64,000 nucleotides of DNA from Alphaproteobacteria bacterium (GCA_965216755.1 CBDCGL010000011.1:1056001-1120000), one strand, 5' to 3'; counted from the stretch's first letter, positions 29,545-40,400 are shown. A program made the numbers and translations. Notes: generated from the sequence alone by a model not told the origin.

Positions 29545-30446
29545 GTCTGCAGTGCCGGCCGCCGGGACGTTAGGATCACACCGGCAACCATCAAGGCGAA
29601 GGCGAGCCATACGAGAACGTGCAGACTGTCGCCGAAAACGGCCCATCCCCATGCGATCCCAGATAAAACAGCCAAATAATTGAACTGGGCGAAAAAAACG
29701 GGCCCGGCGATACGAATGATCTCCAGATAGAGAATGACGAAGACCGCGTTGATTGCAACGGCACCGATCAAAGCCCAATCGCCGGCGCTTGGGAAATCCG
29801 GAAACCAATATGTTTGTCCAGTCACGGCCGAGATGACGGCCAGGATCGCCGATGAACCGAGTAAAACGCCGCTGGCCATTGCCGTTGACTGCATCGCTGG
29901 TGGTCGCAACAGTGCGGCGGCAACATTGGATGCCGCAAACAGGACCGGTGCAATCAGCGCGAGCATGAACCAGCCGGCCATGCCAGCGGCAGGAAGCGCC
30001 GCTGATGGCAGAATCAGCAAAGCCACACCAACAAAACCCGCGGCGATGCCCAACAAGCCGAGCCAATGCATGCGCTCGACGCGAAACGCCACCCCAAACG
30101 CATAGGTCATCGGCGGCGACAATGCCAGGACCAGGGTAACGATGGCGGCCGGCAGGTTTGGTGCCACATATGTCAGAAGCGACATCGGCAAACCAATGGC
30201 CAGAGCGCCGATCACAAGGTAGGCGCGCACCGCCACCCAATCAGTACGGGGTGCCGCCCGCTTCGCAAGCGATATCACCAGGAGAATGATACCCGCGACG
30301 AACGACTGCCAAAACGCATAAGCAATTGGCGGCAGTCCCGCCTCGGCGGCGATTTTATTGGCAACAAATATGGCGCCATAAATGATCGCCGCAGCCACCA
30401 GCATGAAATATCGCGTACTGCCATCGGTCGTCGTCATGATACCCAT
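29541..30446 (-). CDS. DMT/EamA family transporter
   Basis: About 10 hydrophobic segments arranged as two EamA repeats. Confidence 0.85.
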   Translation of the reverse strand: MGIMTTTDGSTRYFMLVAAAIIYGAIFVANKIAAEAGLPPIAYAFWQSFVAGIILLVISLAKRAAPRTDWVAVRAYLVIGALAIGLPMSLLTYVAPNLPAAIVTLVLALSPPMTYAFGVAFRVERMHWLGLLGIAAGFVGVALLILPSAALPAAGMAGWFMLALIAPVLFAASNVAAALLRPPAMQSTAMASGVLLGSSAILAVISAVTGQTYWFPDFPSAGDWALIGAVAINAVFVILYLEIIRIAGPVFFAQFNYLAVLSGIAWGWAVFGDSLHVLVWLAFALMVAGVILTSRRPALQT

Positions 30447-30448
30447 CA

Positions 30449-30991
30449 CTACTTGATCAGGCGACTGACGCCGCGAAAAAGATCCGTGCCGGCTTTCTCG
30501 AGACACTCGAACAAGACTTGCTCGGTCACCACGATTTGCGCGCCGGCATCGCGCAGCCTATCGAGCGCAATCGGCACGTGTATCGGATCCCGCGAGGTTG
30601 TCGCGTCAGCGACAACAAGAACCTCGTAATCGCGCGCCCGAAGCCCGAGTGCCGTTTGACTGACACAGACGTGGCTCTCGATTCCGCATAATATGGCCTG
30701 GTCGCGGTCCAAAGCCGCCATGGCACCGGCGAGATCAGAATCATCCGCGCAAGAAAAGTGCAATTTTTCATACACTTGTTCGGGCGAAATCTGCTCGCGC
30801 AGGCGTTCGATTGTCGGACCTAACCCGCGCGGATATTGCTCGCTCACGAGCAGCGGAAGCCCAAGTTTGCGGGCAGCTTGAATCAGTATCTCACATTGCG
30901 TAACAACGGCCTCGGGCGCATGCATGGCCGGCAGCAGTCGCTCTTGTACATCAATAACCAGAAGAAACGCCCGGTTGCGCTTGATTGTCAT
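30449..30991 (-). CDS. Isochorismatase-family cysteine hydrolase (YcaC-like)
   Basis: VIDVQERL, SEQYPRGLG, K-x-x-FS and GIESHVCV. Confidence 0.9.
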   Translation of the reverse strand: MTIKRNRAFLLVIDVQERLLPAMHAPEAVVTQCEILIQAARKLGLPLLVSEQYPRGLGPTIERLREQISPEQVYEKLHFSCADDSDLAGAMAALDRDQAILCGIESHVCVSQTALGLRARDYEVLVVADATTSRDPIHVPIALDRLRDAGAQIVVTEQVLFECLEKAGTDLFRGVSRLIK

Positions 30992-31029
30992 GAAGAATGA
31001 CCCAAATATGCACCAAGTCATGGGAAACA

Positions 31030-31057
31030 TTGACAGCGAACGTCGCGACTCTATAGT
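31030..31057 (+). promoter_or_regulatory. Sigma-70 promoter of the DEAD-box helicase
   Basis: TTGACA-N16-TATAGT, about 75 bp upstream of the ATG. Confidence 0.7.
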
Positions 31058-31132
31058 CACCTATAACATTTGGCCAGCCGCAGTGGGCCGGCGCGTTGAT
31101 TGCCGTAGAGGCATCAAAAGACACGAGAGTGT

Positions 31133-32524
31133 ATGACATTTTCTGATTTGGGGCTGAGCCCCGGGACCTTGCAGGCTGTCGAAGACGCCGGCTACACCGA
31201 ACCTACTCCCATCCAATCGCAAGCCATTCCTGTCATTCTGCAGGGCCGGGACGTGCTTGGCTGCGCCCAAACCGGCACCGGCAAGACAGCTTCTTTTACG
31301 TTGCCGATGATCGACATCCTGTCGGCGGGCCGGGCACGGGCGCGCATGCCACGGTCGTTGATCTTGTCGCCAACGCGCGAACTCGCCACGCAAACCGCTG
31401 GGAATTTCGAGACTTACGGCAAGTACCACAAGCTCAGTATGGCTCTGTTAATTGGCGGCGTATCGTCCGTTGACCAAGGCCGGAAGCTGGATCGCGGGGT
31501 CGACGTGTTGATCGCCACGCCGGGCCGTTTGTTGGACCTGTTTGAGCGTGGCTCAATACTGCTCTCGGGCGTCAAGGTTCTTGTGATCGACGAAGCCGAC
31601 CGCATGTTGGATATGGGATTTATCCCAGATATCGAACGCATTGTCAGTTTGCTGCCGAAGATCCGTCAAACGTTGATGTTCTCCGCCACGATGCCGAAAG
31701 AGATCCGGCGCCTTGCCGACGCATTTCTCATTTCGCCGAAGGAAATTACGGTCGCGCCACCGGCGTCGCCGGCCGCCAGCGTGATACAGAAGCTGGCCAT
31801 TGTTCTCGGCTCTGACAAACGTCAGGCTCTGCGTACCTTGCTCGCAGGTGAAGAGGTCGAGAACGCGTTGATCTTTTGCAACCGTAAAAAAGACGTCGAC
31901 ATTTTGAACGCATCGTTGCGCAAACACGGGTTTAGATCCGCCGCGATGCATGGCGACATGCCGCAACTCACCCGTACCGAGACGCTCGACGCCTTCAAGA
32001 ATGGGGATATCAAACTGTTGGTGGCGACCGATGTCGCCGGACGCGGAATTGATGTTCAAGACCTGAGTCATGTTTTCAATTTCGACGTGCCGATCCACGC
32101 TGAGGACTACGTCCACCGCATCGGACGCACCGGGCGGGCCGGGCGCGAAGGTCGGTCGTTCACGTTGGCGGCGCCCGAGGACGGAAAGTTTGTCCAGGCG
32201 ATCACGTCTTTGATCGGCAAAGACATTGAATCCATCTCCATTGCCGGAATCGACGTCGCCGAACTGGAAGAAGGCGACGGACGGCGGCGCAGCGGGCGGA
32301 CCCGACGAAGCAGCGCAAAGTCATCCACCGCAAAAAAAGATGGTAGTTCTACCGGTCGGAACCGAGATCGAACCGCGTCGAAACCGGCCAAGGGTGACGA
32401 CAAGCCCCCGCGCCGCGCGACGAAAAAGAAGCCAGAAACGCGCAAGGAGCGGGACGAACCCGTCGTCGGCTTGGGCGATCACGTGCCTGCTTTCCTGCTG
32501 ACACCGAGTCGACAGCCGCGCTAA
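31133..32524 (+). CDS. rhlE: DEAD-box RNA helicase (RhlE-like)
   Basis: Q motif, AQTGTGKT, PTRELA, DEAD, SAT and HRIGRTGRAG. Confidence 0.93.
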   Translation: MTFSDLGLSPGTLQAVEDAGYTEPTPIQSQAIPVILQGRDVLGCAQTGTGKTASFTLPMIDILSAGRARARMPRSLILSPTRELATQTAGNFETYGKYHKLSMALLIGGVSSVDQGRKLDRGVDVLIATPGRLLDLFERGSILLSGVKVLVIDEADRMLDMGFIPDIERIVSLLPKIRQTLMFSATMPKEIRRLADAFLISPKEITVAPPASPAASVIQKLAIVLGSDKRQALRTLLAGEEVENALIFCNRKKDVDILNASLRKHGFRSAAMHGDMPQLTRTETLDAFKNGDIKLLVATDVAGRGIDVQDLSHVFNFDVPIHAEDYVHRIGRTGRAGREGRSFTLAAPEDGKFVQAITSLIGKDIESISIAGIDVAELEEGDGRRRSGRTRRSSAKSSTAKKDGSSTGRNRDRTASKPAKGDDKPPRRATKKKPETRKERDEPVVGLGDHVPAFLLTPSRQPR

Positions 32525-32560
32525 CAGTCGCGCCGGCGCGAGGCAAAAAGGAACGCGCTC

Positions 32561-32803
32561 ATGCAGACAATCTTTGTGTTTGTTAAGTGCGAACTCGGCC
32601 GGGCCTACGAAACTGCCGACGATCTGGTTCAAAATGTCGAGGAAGTTTCCGAGGTCTATTCCGTTTCAGGCCAATATGATCTTATGATTAAGGCCTATTT
32701 GGATGACGAAACCGATATCGGACATTTCGTCAATGAACGCGTGCATGGCTGCCGCGGAATTAAGGACACCTTCACGGTGATTACCTTCAAGGCGTTCAGG
32801 TAG
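32561..32803 (+). CDS. Stand-alone Lrp/AsnC ligand-binding (RAM) domain protein
   Basis: EVYSVSGQYDL...GIKDTFT; no HTH. Confidence 0.85.
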   Translation: MQTIFVFVKCELGRAYETADDLVQNVEEVSEVYSVSGQYDLMIKAYLDDETDIGHFVNERVHGCRGIKDTFTVITFKAFR

Positions 32804-32830
32804 CACCGCGGGTGGCGCCACAGGTGCGAT

Positions 32831-34180
32831 GTGGCTGAGAGATCGTTCGACCTGTTGATCAAAGGCGGAACCTTGGTTCTGCCGGATGGGATTCGTCCTG
32901 GCGACGTTGGGGTTGTCGCCGGCCGTATCGCGGCGATCGGCGCTTTGGCAGAATGGCCGCGCAAGAACGTGTTTCAAGCCGACGGGCTGCATGTGCTGCC
33001 AGGCGTCATCGACAGCCAGGTCCATTTTCGCGAACCCGGATCGGAGCACAAGGAAGACCTGGCCAGCGGCACTGCCGCGGCGGCCATGGGCGGCGTGACC
33101 GCAATTTTCGAAATGCCGAACACGACACCACCAACCACAACGACGGCTGCCCTTGACGACAAACTGCGGCGCGCGCGTGGCCGTGCGTGGGTCGACCATG
33201 CGTTTTTCGTTGGGGCAGCGGCCGACAATGTCGATCAACTGGGCCAGCTCGAAACACATCCGGGTTGCTGCGGCGTCAAGATATTCATGGGTTCGTCCAC
33301 CGGGTCCCTGTTGCTCGCCGACGACGAAACGTTGGAGAAAGTCTTAAGGTCGGGCCAATGCCGGGTTGCCGTGCATGCTGAGGATGAAGCCCGGCTGGTG
33401 GCGCGCCACGAGATCGCAGTCAACGCAGCAGACCCGGCCGCACATCCGGAATGGCGTGACGTTGAAAGTGCAGCCATGGCGACCCGGCGCATCATTGCGC
33501 TCTCCGCGCGGACGGGGCGGCCGGTCCACGTGCTGCACATCACGACGGCCGACGAAATGGCGCTATTGCGCCAGGCCCCGCCGCAGGTCTCCGTCGAATG
33601 CACGCCCCAGCACTTAACCTTGGTCGCGCCCGACTGCTACGATCAGCTCGGAACCCTGGCACAAATGAATCCACCAATTCGTACAACCGCACATCGCGAT
33701 GGCTTGTGGGACGCCATCCGCGATGGCACGGTCGACATGGTTGGATCCGATCACGCGCCTCATACGCGCGACGAAAAGTCCCGCCCCTATCCCGAAAGCC
33801 CGTCGGGCATGCCCGGTGTACAGACGCTGTTGCCGATCATGCTCGACCATGTGCACGCTGGTCGGCTGACGCTTGAACGATTGGTCGATTTGATCGCCGG
33901 CGCACCGGCACGGCTGTACGATGCGCGCGGCAAGGGTAGCCTGCGGGTCGGCAATGATGCCGACTTCTCGATCGTCGACTTAGGTGCCAAGCGAACGATC
34001 GAAGAGAGGTGGATCGTGAGCAAGTGTGGCTGGACACCGTTTGCCGGACGCGCCGTGACGGGTTGGCCGATCGCGACGATCGTTCGCGGCATCGTCGTCA
34101 TGCGCGACGATGGATTGGTCGGTACCCCACAAGGCCAGCCCATCAGCTTTGGTCATACCAGTCACGTGCAGGTCCACTAG
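32831..34180 (+). CDS. pyrC: Dihydroorotase
   Basis: IDSQVHFREPG, EMPNT, KIFMGSSTG, HAED, MNPPIR and SDHAPH. Confidence 0.92.
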   Translation: MAERSFDLLIKGGTLVLPDGIRPGDVGVVAGRIAAIGALAEWPRKNVFQADGLHVLPGVIDSQVHFREPGSEHKEDLASGTAAAAMGGVTAIFEMPNTTPPTTTTAALDDKLRRARGRAWVDHAFFVGAAADNVDQLGQLETHPGCCGVKIFMGSSTGSLLLADDETLEKVLRSGQCRVAVHAEDEARLVARHEIAVNAADPAAHPEWRDVESAAMATRRIIALSARTGRPVHVLHITTADEMALLRQAPPQVSVECTPQHLTLVAPDCYDQLGTLAQMNPPIRTTAHRDGLWDAIRDGTVDMVGSDHAPHTRDEKSRPYPESPSGMPGVQTLLPIMLDHVHAGRLTLERLVDLIAGAPARLYDARGKGSLRVGNDADFSIVDLGAKRTIEERWIVSKCGWTPFAGRAVTGWPIATIVRGIVVMRDDGLVGTPQGQPISFGHTSHVQVH

Positions 34181-34183
34181 CAG

Positions 34184-34846
34184 ATGAACGCCGTGCGCAA
34201 GCAACGTGCAAGCGACTCGCCGGGAGTTCGGTCACCGGCACTGGTGGGCTGGATTGCAATTGGCATTTTTGCCGCTCTCGGCCCCGTCATGGCCCGGGCG
34301 CAGACCTTCGATACGCCAGAGGGATTTGCCATGACCATCGAACGGACGACTAGGTTGGGTGACGCGCATACGATCCTGAGAGTTCAGCCGAGTGACGGCG
34401 CATTTGCCCGCCTTAGTTCAATCGAAATGCAGCCATTGCCCGATGCAATCGAAGATCCGGACAGCTGGCTAACCGATCGCATGCGTATTGATTTTGGCGA
34501 TCCGATTGACGAAGATGGCCTCGATGAGTTATTCGACAGCCCGGATACGCCATTTTACGGCGATGATTTCGAAACCCTTCGTGAGGTCTTGCGGGACTTG
34601 ACGCGTAAGTTTGAAGACTTGGGCGAATGGCCGTTGTCGTTTTGCGATGATCCCGACGATGCCCGCACCCAGGCGGGCACAGCGCGCCAACTTTCTTGCG
34701 TCTACGCCCTCGGCCCGCTTCAGCAATTCGTTGTGCTCCGCCTACAGGTCGTTGATGACATCTGGTACTACACCGTCATCAAGTCGATGAACGAACGGCG
34801 CCTGCGTCACCTGACGGCCATCGCGAATTCGTTTCAGGTGGAGTGA
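34184..34846 (+). CDS. Hypothetical exported protein
   Basis: Hydrophobic segment ending in ARA-Q, acidic body and two Cys; host-like codon usage. Confidence 0.65.
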   Translation: MNAVRKQRASDSPGVRSPALVGWIAIGIFAALGPVMARAQTFDTPEGFAMTIERTTRLGDAHTILRVQPSDGAFARLSSIEMQPLPDAIEDPDSWLTDRMRIDFGDPIDEDGLDELFDSPDTPFYGDDFETLREVLRDLTRKFEDLGEWPLSFCDDPDDARTQAGTARQLSCVYALGPLQQFVVLRLQVVDDIWYYTVIKSMNERRLRHLTAIANSFQVE

Positions 34847-35136
34847 GACAACACAACACCACGACCATCCAGCGTCTTTGATCCGGGCGTCACGCGACCC
34901 TTCGAATAGCGTCTACTTGGTCCACGACGTCATGCAGCGCCCAATTCACATGCTGCGGCGAAACCGGCCGGACAACAGCAATACCAAGTGCGACATCGGT
35001 CTCCGCTGGCCAAACGATCGCCAACTCCGCGCCGCATGCGCGGGATAGCAACGTACAGCGCATGGCTGCGCAAAGACGAGCCAAATTATTGCCCCATCAA
35101 CTATACCCGACAACTATCATGGAAACGTGCAAAATG

Positions 35137-35162
35137 GCTCACTGTTTCGGTGGGCTTTTTTT
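35137..35162 (+). terminator. Rho-independent terminator-like hairpin
   Basis: GCTCACTG-TTT-CGGTGGGC followed by T7. Confidence 0.6.
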
Positions 35163-35638
35163 ATTGCTTATCAGTGGACCTCCCGGCGTTCAAGTCAAAT
35201 ATCCATCAGGCTTGATACAAGTACCCATTTAGATGCTCAAACATTTCACATCTAAGTGATCAAGATAACGAATAAATCACTACTATTCGTTGCTCATAAG
35301 ACAGCAATCACCCGGAGTGGTCGTATGTTACCGTTTGCGCCTCCAAGCCGGAACCCGCAGACCATGGGATCCCCGATTTGTGACCGCCAACCGGTCCACA
35401 ATAGCCATCAAACTTGGACCAACGCATCGTCATTTTTTGTGTTCCAACAACTTGCGCACAGCAGGACGATCCCTTTCTCAATCGACTGCCTTCCCATGCC
35501 GTTAACAAAGCCAACCGGCCGTAATCATCCGTCGTGCGCCGAACACAGTGTCATTCGGTAAATGTCATCATGGCTCGGCAGTCGCCTGCACAAGCAAAAC
35601 GAAAACAAACGTGCATTTCATTTTTTGGGTAGATTAAC

Positions 35639-37999
35639 ATGCCCCGTAGTTCCCTCTGGCGACTATATTTATTTCTCTTCGTGTGTTCGCTGGCACTTCT
35701 GTACGGAATCGGGCGCAAAACAACAACTCACCTTGAAGATATGGCAGTTGAAGAACTCACCCATTACCACCAACTGATTCACAGCGCCGCGATTGCCAAG
35801 CTCACTCAGCAATCAGCGATGCTGAGGATACTCAGCCGCCGCTTGGTGAATATCGGCATAGACAACGTTGACTCCGTAAAGGACGCAATGGATGAGGTTT
35901 TATTAGACTACCCTGCTTTCGTGGCCTGTAGTCTGTCCACGACTGAGGGGCAAGTAATATTTAGCTCTCTAAGCCTTGACAACACAACGCTGCCCAATCT
36001 GCTTCAAAGCTCAAACGCTCGCGAAACTTTCCAAGAAATGCTCAAAAAAGACGGCATGGTAATTGGCCGCACTCATTTCTTTTCGCCCATCAACCAATGG
36101 ATTATTCCGTTACATCATGCAATTCGCGACGACACTGGCAACGCAATTGGTGTCGTTTCAGCTGCCATTTCCGTCGATAGCCAATTCAATCCGTGGAAAA
36201 TTGGTGGGTTGCCAGAAGGTCTTGCGATTTCTATTACTAAAGACAAAAATAGCGCCAATGAATATTACCCACAATACAATTATCCACCTATTGGAAAAAA
36301 CGAATTAGAGAAAACTGCATATTATGCCACACCTATCCCTGACGACGTGGTTGTTCAAGCCAAGCAACGAATAGCAGCTGCGGCCAATACTGACTTCGCA
36401 ACATTCCAAGAACGGGAGATTGCCGTTCACTGGATCTTCGAAGACCCTTGGAAAGGTACGGACGATCTCGATGTCATCGCCTACAATAAGGAATTTGAGA
36501 TCTTCATCGCTGTTAATCGAAACCATGAACTTGTCAACAAGGCAGTCTGGGCAAAATGGGTCCAATATGCCAGCGTATTTCTAATATTCAATCTAGCCCT
36601 TTACCATATAATTCGCCGTTTCGAACAAGTTCAGAAGAGGTCGAAGGCGTTATTAGAGCACCAAGCTGTTCATGACCAATTGACCAACTTGCCGAATCGC
36701 TATTATTTGGAACAGCAATTCCCAAACTGGAAGAATCAAATCGCAGGGGGTTACGCCGTTGTCTTTCTCGACATGGACAACTTCAAGGCCATTAACGACT
36801 ATTACGGCCACGCAACCGGTGACAAAATCCTTAAAGTATTGGCGGCACGATTGGAGAAAAACGCCCCAAATCATGCTTTGGCGATTAGACAGGGCGGCGA
36901 TGAGTTTATTATACTAATACCTGATGACAACGCGCAGCGCATTGAATGTTATGTTAGATCCCTTTGCGATGAACTGCGGGAGAGTATCCATGTCGACGGG
37001 TTAGTCTTCATTCTAACCGGAAGCATCGGCATAGCAATATCGCAACTGCCGAACGATCCACTCGGTGAGCTCTTGAAGAACGCCGATATGGCTATGTATG
37101 AAGCAAAACGGCACTGTAGTGAGTATGCATTTTTCAGCGGCGCTTTAAAAGAAATCAGCAATGAGAGGACACAGATAGAAGAAGCACTTCACTACGCATT
37201 GGACAACGGTCAGATGTTCATGGTGTATCAACCCCAGATTCAGGCGAATACCAGGAGACTTCACGGAGTTGAGGCCCTGATACGATGGGCACACCCCACT
37301 ATGGGCCTCATCCCTCCAGACAAGTTCATTCCTTTGGCTGAGTCATCCGGCAAAATCAATGAGATAGGTGACTTTATTGTCGATACCGCGCTTAGAGAAA
37401 TGAGTGAAATCCGGTCCGGCGTCTCGCCATTTAGCGTGTCCATTAATGTCTCAGTTCGTCAACTTCATAATTTTGGTTTCTGTAAACTTATTAGGAACAA
37501 ATCAATTGAATATGGCATTTGTCCAACGAACATAACGATTGAGATTACCGAAAGCCTTTTCATTGATGACTTTGAGCAGATCAAAGACATACTGACAGAA
37601 ATAAAAAGTTACGGTTTTAGGATTTCTCTGGACGATTTTGGAACTGGGTACTCCTCATTGAGCGTCTTGCGAGAATTACCAATAGATGAAATCAAAATTG
37701 ACAAGAGCTTTGTACAAGGCGTTCAGGCGGATCAGCGTGGCCTCGCCTTCATTGACAGCATTATCGGCATTGGCCACAGTCTTGGCATTCCTTCCGTGGC
37801 CGAGGGTTTAGAGAACATGGCGGACGTTGTTTCGCTAAGTGCTTGTGGTTGCGATTTGTTTCAGGGCTATTTCTTTGCCAGGCCGATGAAAAAACAGAGA
37901 CTCATTTCATACATGGATGATTTTACGCCTTGCGACATACCTACGTCCGGGCGCTCGAAATCGCTGTCGCTTCCAGTAAAAGAGTCGGTCAATGGCTAG
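35639..37999 (+). CDS. Membrane-anchored sensor GGDEF-EAL protein (diguanylate cyclase/phosphodiesterase)
   Basis: Two TM segments flanking a Cache-like domain; HDQLTNLPNR, GGDEF, EALIRW, DDFGTGYSS and QGYFF; visibly AT-richer than the flanks. Confidence 0.93.
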   Translation: MPRSSLWRLYLFLFVCSLALLYGIGRKTTTHLEDMAVEELTHYHQLIHSAAIAKLTQQSAMLRILSRRLVNIGIDNVDSVKDAMDEVLLDYPAFVACSLSTTEGQVIFSSLSLDNTTLPNLLQSSNARETFQEMLKKDGMVIGRTHFFSPINQWIIPLHHAIRDDTGNAIGVVSAAISVDSQFNPWKIGGLPEGLAISITKDKNSANEYYPQYNYPPIGKNELEKTAYYATPIPDDVVVQAKQRIAAAANTDFATFQEREIAVHWIFEDPWKGTDDLDVIAYNKEFEIFIAVNRNHELVNKAVWAKWVQYASVFLIFNLALYHIIRRFEQVQKRSKALLEHQAVHDQLTNLPNRYYLEQQFPNWKNQIAGGYAVVFLDMDNFKAINDYYGHATGDKILKVLAARLEKNAPNHALAIRQGGDEFIILIPDDNAQRIECYVRSLCDELRESIHVDGLVFILTGSIGIAISQLPNDPLGELLKNADMAMYEAKRHCSEYAFFSGALKEISNERTQIEEALHYALDNGQMFMVYQPQIQANTRRLHGVEALIRWAHPTMGLIPPDKFIPLAESSGKINEIGDFIVDTALREMSEIRSGVSPFSVSINVSVRQLHNFGFCKLIRNKSIEYGICPTNITIEITESLFIDDFEQIKDILTEIKSYGFRISLDDFGTGYSSLSVLRELPIDEIKIDKSFVQGVQADQRGLAFIDSIIGIGHSLGIPSVAEGLENMADVVSLSACGCDLFQGYFFARPMKKQRLISYMDDFTPCDIPTSGRSKSLSLPVKESVNG

Positions 38000-38147
38000 A
38001 AAGGCAAGCCGCATGGACGGGCCGGTCGGCGGTTGGAGTACGATGTCCGTTGGCCTTTACGCCATATCTGAAATTCGCATCGCGCTTGGTATGCATAAGC
38101 CGTTGCGGTAATCTTAGGAAATGAGTCCCTGAGAGGTACGCATGATA

Positions 38148-39002
38148 TCACTCCCCTCGTAACCTCTCTGCCCCCGACAGGCGGTCGCTGAAGGTGCGTT
38201 TGTCAGGCGGCAAAACTTGTAGAGCCTCGTGTTCGATGTCCATCTCGGCCCACAACAGACGGCGGCAACCGGCGAGCATCAAAGTGCCGTCGTAAAGCTG
38301 AAATAATTTGCTTTCAAACTGCCCGGGGTCGTGCATGGCATCGATGTCGTTGTCGGCAATCTGAAACACCGGAAACAAATCGGCGCGCACGAACAACGCG
38401 TTGATCTCGGTGGTTGCGACCAACTCATAACCTTTGTCCTTACCGAGCGCGATGAGCGCGCGCAACGACGAACCTTGGCGAACGGCCGGATCGGGATCCT
38501 GAACAAAATAGATGTCGTTTGGGATCGTCGGGTTAAATTCCACCACGATCGCACGTGGCTGGTAGCGCGATAACGACCGCCAAATATGCCAGTCCAGGCC
38601 ATCGACATCGATGCTGAGCAAATCGAAGTCGACGGGGATGCGAGTCGCGGCCAATATACTGTCGAGATCGTCGGGCGGCGCCAGGCCGACAAAACGCTCA
38701 ACTAATTCGACCGCATCACGTTTGCCGTGGGTCGCCTGAAGATCGCGAAACTTTTCCGGATCCCCTTCGATCAGAACACCGCGCCACCCATGGCTGGTGA
38801 TCAAATTCCAGGTATTGGAAAAATGTCGCCCGTCCCAAGCGCCAAATTCAACACACCATTTGTTCTCTGCGCCGGCCATCGAGAAAATGCGCTCAATAAT
38901 GCCGTCCTCGCCGGCTTGAGAGGTGACGTTTCGACGTACGATGTCTAAATACGTGCTTTCCGACTTCACGCGCGACCGCGGTTCGTAACGAAGATTCGGC
39001 AT
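38148..39002 (-). CDS. FkbM-like SAM-dependent methyltransferase
   Basis: SQAGEDG, CVEFGAWDG, LLSIDVDG and VEFN. Confidence 0.8.
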   Translation of the reverse strand: MPNLRYEPRSRVKSESTYLDIVRRNVTSQAGEDGIIERIFSMAGAENKWCVEFGAWDGRHFSNTWNLITSHGWRGVLIEGDPEKFRDLQATHGKRDAVELVERFVGLAPPDDLDSILAATRIPVDFDLLSIDVDGLDWHIWRSLSRYQPRAIVVEFNPTIPNDIYFVQDPDPAVRQGSSLRALIALGKDKGYELVATTEINALFVRADLFPVFQIADNDIDAMHDPGQFESKLFQLYDGTLMLAGCRRLLWAEMDIEHEALQVLPPDKRTFSDRLSGAERLRGE

Positions 39003-39239
39003 CGATGGTTTCTGATGATTTTACAGACGCGTTAGGTTACAAAATACTCGTGCCTCAATCACGGTGCAAGACAATGATTGCGACGACTTCGACAACATGG
39101 CTAACCACATTCGACGCAGCCCGAGACATGCGACCTGAGAACTCCACAAGATCTGGTCGCCGTATCACATTGTAGAATAACGATATGCTCGCATCTGTCG
39201 CAGTTCAGACGACCTCGGCGTGCACCGCGGCAACAGAGC

Positions 39240-39767
39240 TTAATTGATGTCGTAATCCTCGAACTTTTCTGCCGCCAGAACGTACCCGGTGTCTGCCAGG
39301 GCTGTTGCCATCGTCAACACACCGAAGGCCCCAGTGACAGCGACCGGGTCAAACAGCGCCTCAAGTTGGTAGGGTTTCTCCGTCGTCACAAAGACAATTT
39401 GGTTGGGTGGCGGCGGCGGCACGTGAATACACGCGCCATAGTAGGGCACGAGGAGGAATTCGGTGCCCCCTTCGGACGTCAAATCCAGAGGAACCAGGTA
39501 GCCGGCCAGGCGTATCGTCTTACCGTTGTAATCCGTGACCACGTCGGCATCTCCTGGCCCGGAGTCCTTAAGCTTTGAGATCTGTTCATGTTCGACAATG
39601 CCAAACATGCCTTGGATATCAGCATTCGTGCTGCCAGCCTGGGCCGGAACCAGGTCCTGCCAATTGATCTCGACTACCTCGCCGGCGGCAGCCATCGCCG
39701 ACGCCCAAAGCATCGCGGCCATGGTCAAGCCAACTACAACAATTTCGATGCCAAAACGTTTCATCAC
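39240..39767 (-). CDS. DUF3299 exported protein (ZrgD-like)
   Basis: INWQDLVP, GYLVPL and EFLLVPYYGACIHVPPPPPNQIV. Confidence 0.9.
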   Translation of the reverse strand: MMKRFGIEIVVVGLTMAAMLWASAMAAAGEVVEINWQDLVPAQAGSTNADIQGMFGIVEHEQISKLKDSGPGDADVVTDYNGKTIRLAGYLVPLDLTSEGGTEFLLVPYYGACIHVPPPPPNQIVFVTTEKPYQLEALFDPVAVTGAFGVLTMATALADTGYVLAAEKFEDYDIN

Positions 39768-39815
39768 TCAGTCTCCCTCGCCCCATTTCTTACCGCGCGC
39801 CGCCGCCCCGTTTGG

Positions 39816-40400
39816 CTAGATCAACCCGCCCAGATCGAGATTTCTGCTGTCGCGGTCGATCGCGTGCGCGGACTGGCCCTTGTCCGTGATAAGACTGACC
39901 GTGAGTTCCTCAGCCGCCGGGAACTGATCGAAATACGCAAAGTCTATCGAAGAAATTTTTTCCGGATCCGAACAAGACAACGCATATTCCGCGTGAAACT
40001 CGTTGTGGTTCGCCTCGCCCGCGGCGCCGTGCTCATCATGTTGGTTATGTTCGTCTTCCGCCGCGTGATCATCGGCCTCGTCGCCGACGATCGCCACCTG
40101 GCTCGACTCCACGGCGCAACCCGCCGCGTCCGGGAAAACCATAATATCCAGCGGCCGGGCCAGAACAGATCTTGCGACTTCGACCGACGCTTTGTCGTCA
40201 TCGCTCACCGCGGCGTGCTCAAATCCGACAATGTCGGCGCCCGGCACTTCGAGCTCCATCCATACGGAACCACCCTCAATCGCGATGTTCAGCGCCCCAT
40301 GACCATGTTCGTGGGCGTCAAGTTCGCGCCGGTCCTCGTCTGCAATCGCCGGCCCGATCCAAAGTACGGTCGCCAAGCCCGCCCAAGTAAGATTGCGCAT
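39816..40400 (-). CDS. zrgA: DUF2796 His-rich zinc-uptake protein (ZrgA-like)
   Basis: Signal peptide, AHEHGHG, PGADIVGFEH, His/acid-rich loop and HNEFHAEY. Confidence 0.85.
   Translation of the reverse strand: MRNLTWAGLATVLWIGPAIADEDRRELDAHEHGHGALNIAIEGGSVWMELEVPGADIVGFEHAAVSDDDKASVEVARSVLARPLDIMVFPDAAGCAVESSQVAIVGDEADDHAAEDEHNQHDEHGAAGEANHNEFHAEYALSCSDPEKISSIDFAYFDQFPAAEELTVSLITDKGQSAHAIDRDSRNLDLGGLI

Noticed and set aside
35400-38140. GGDEF-EAL gene as an integron cassette
   Set aside because: No convincing attC structure and no integrase seen.
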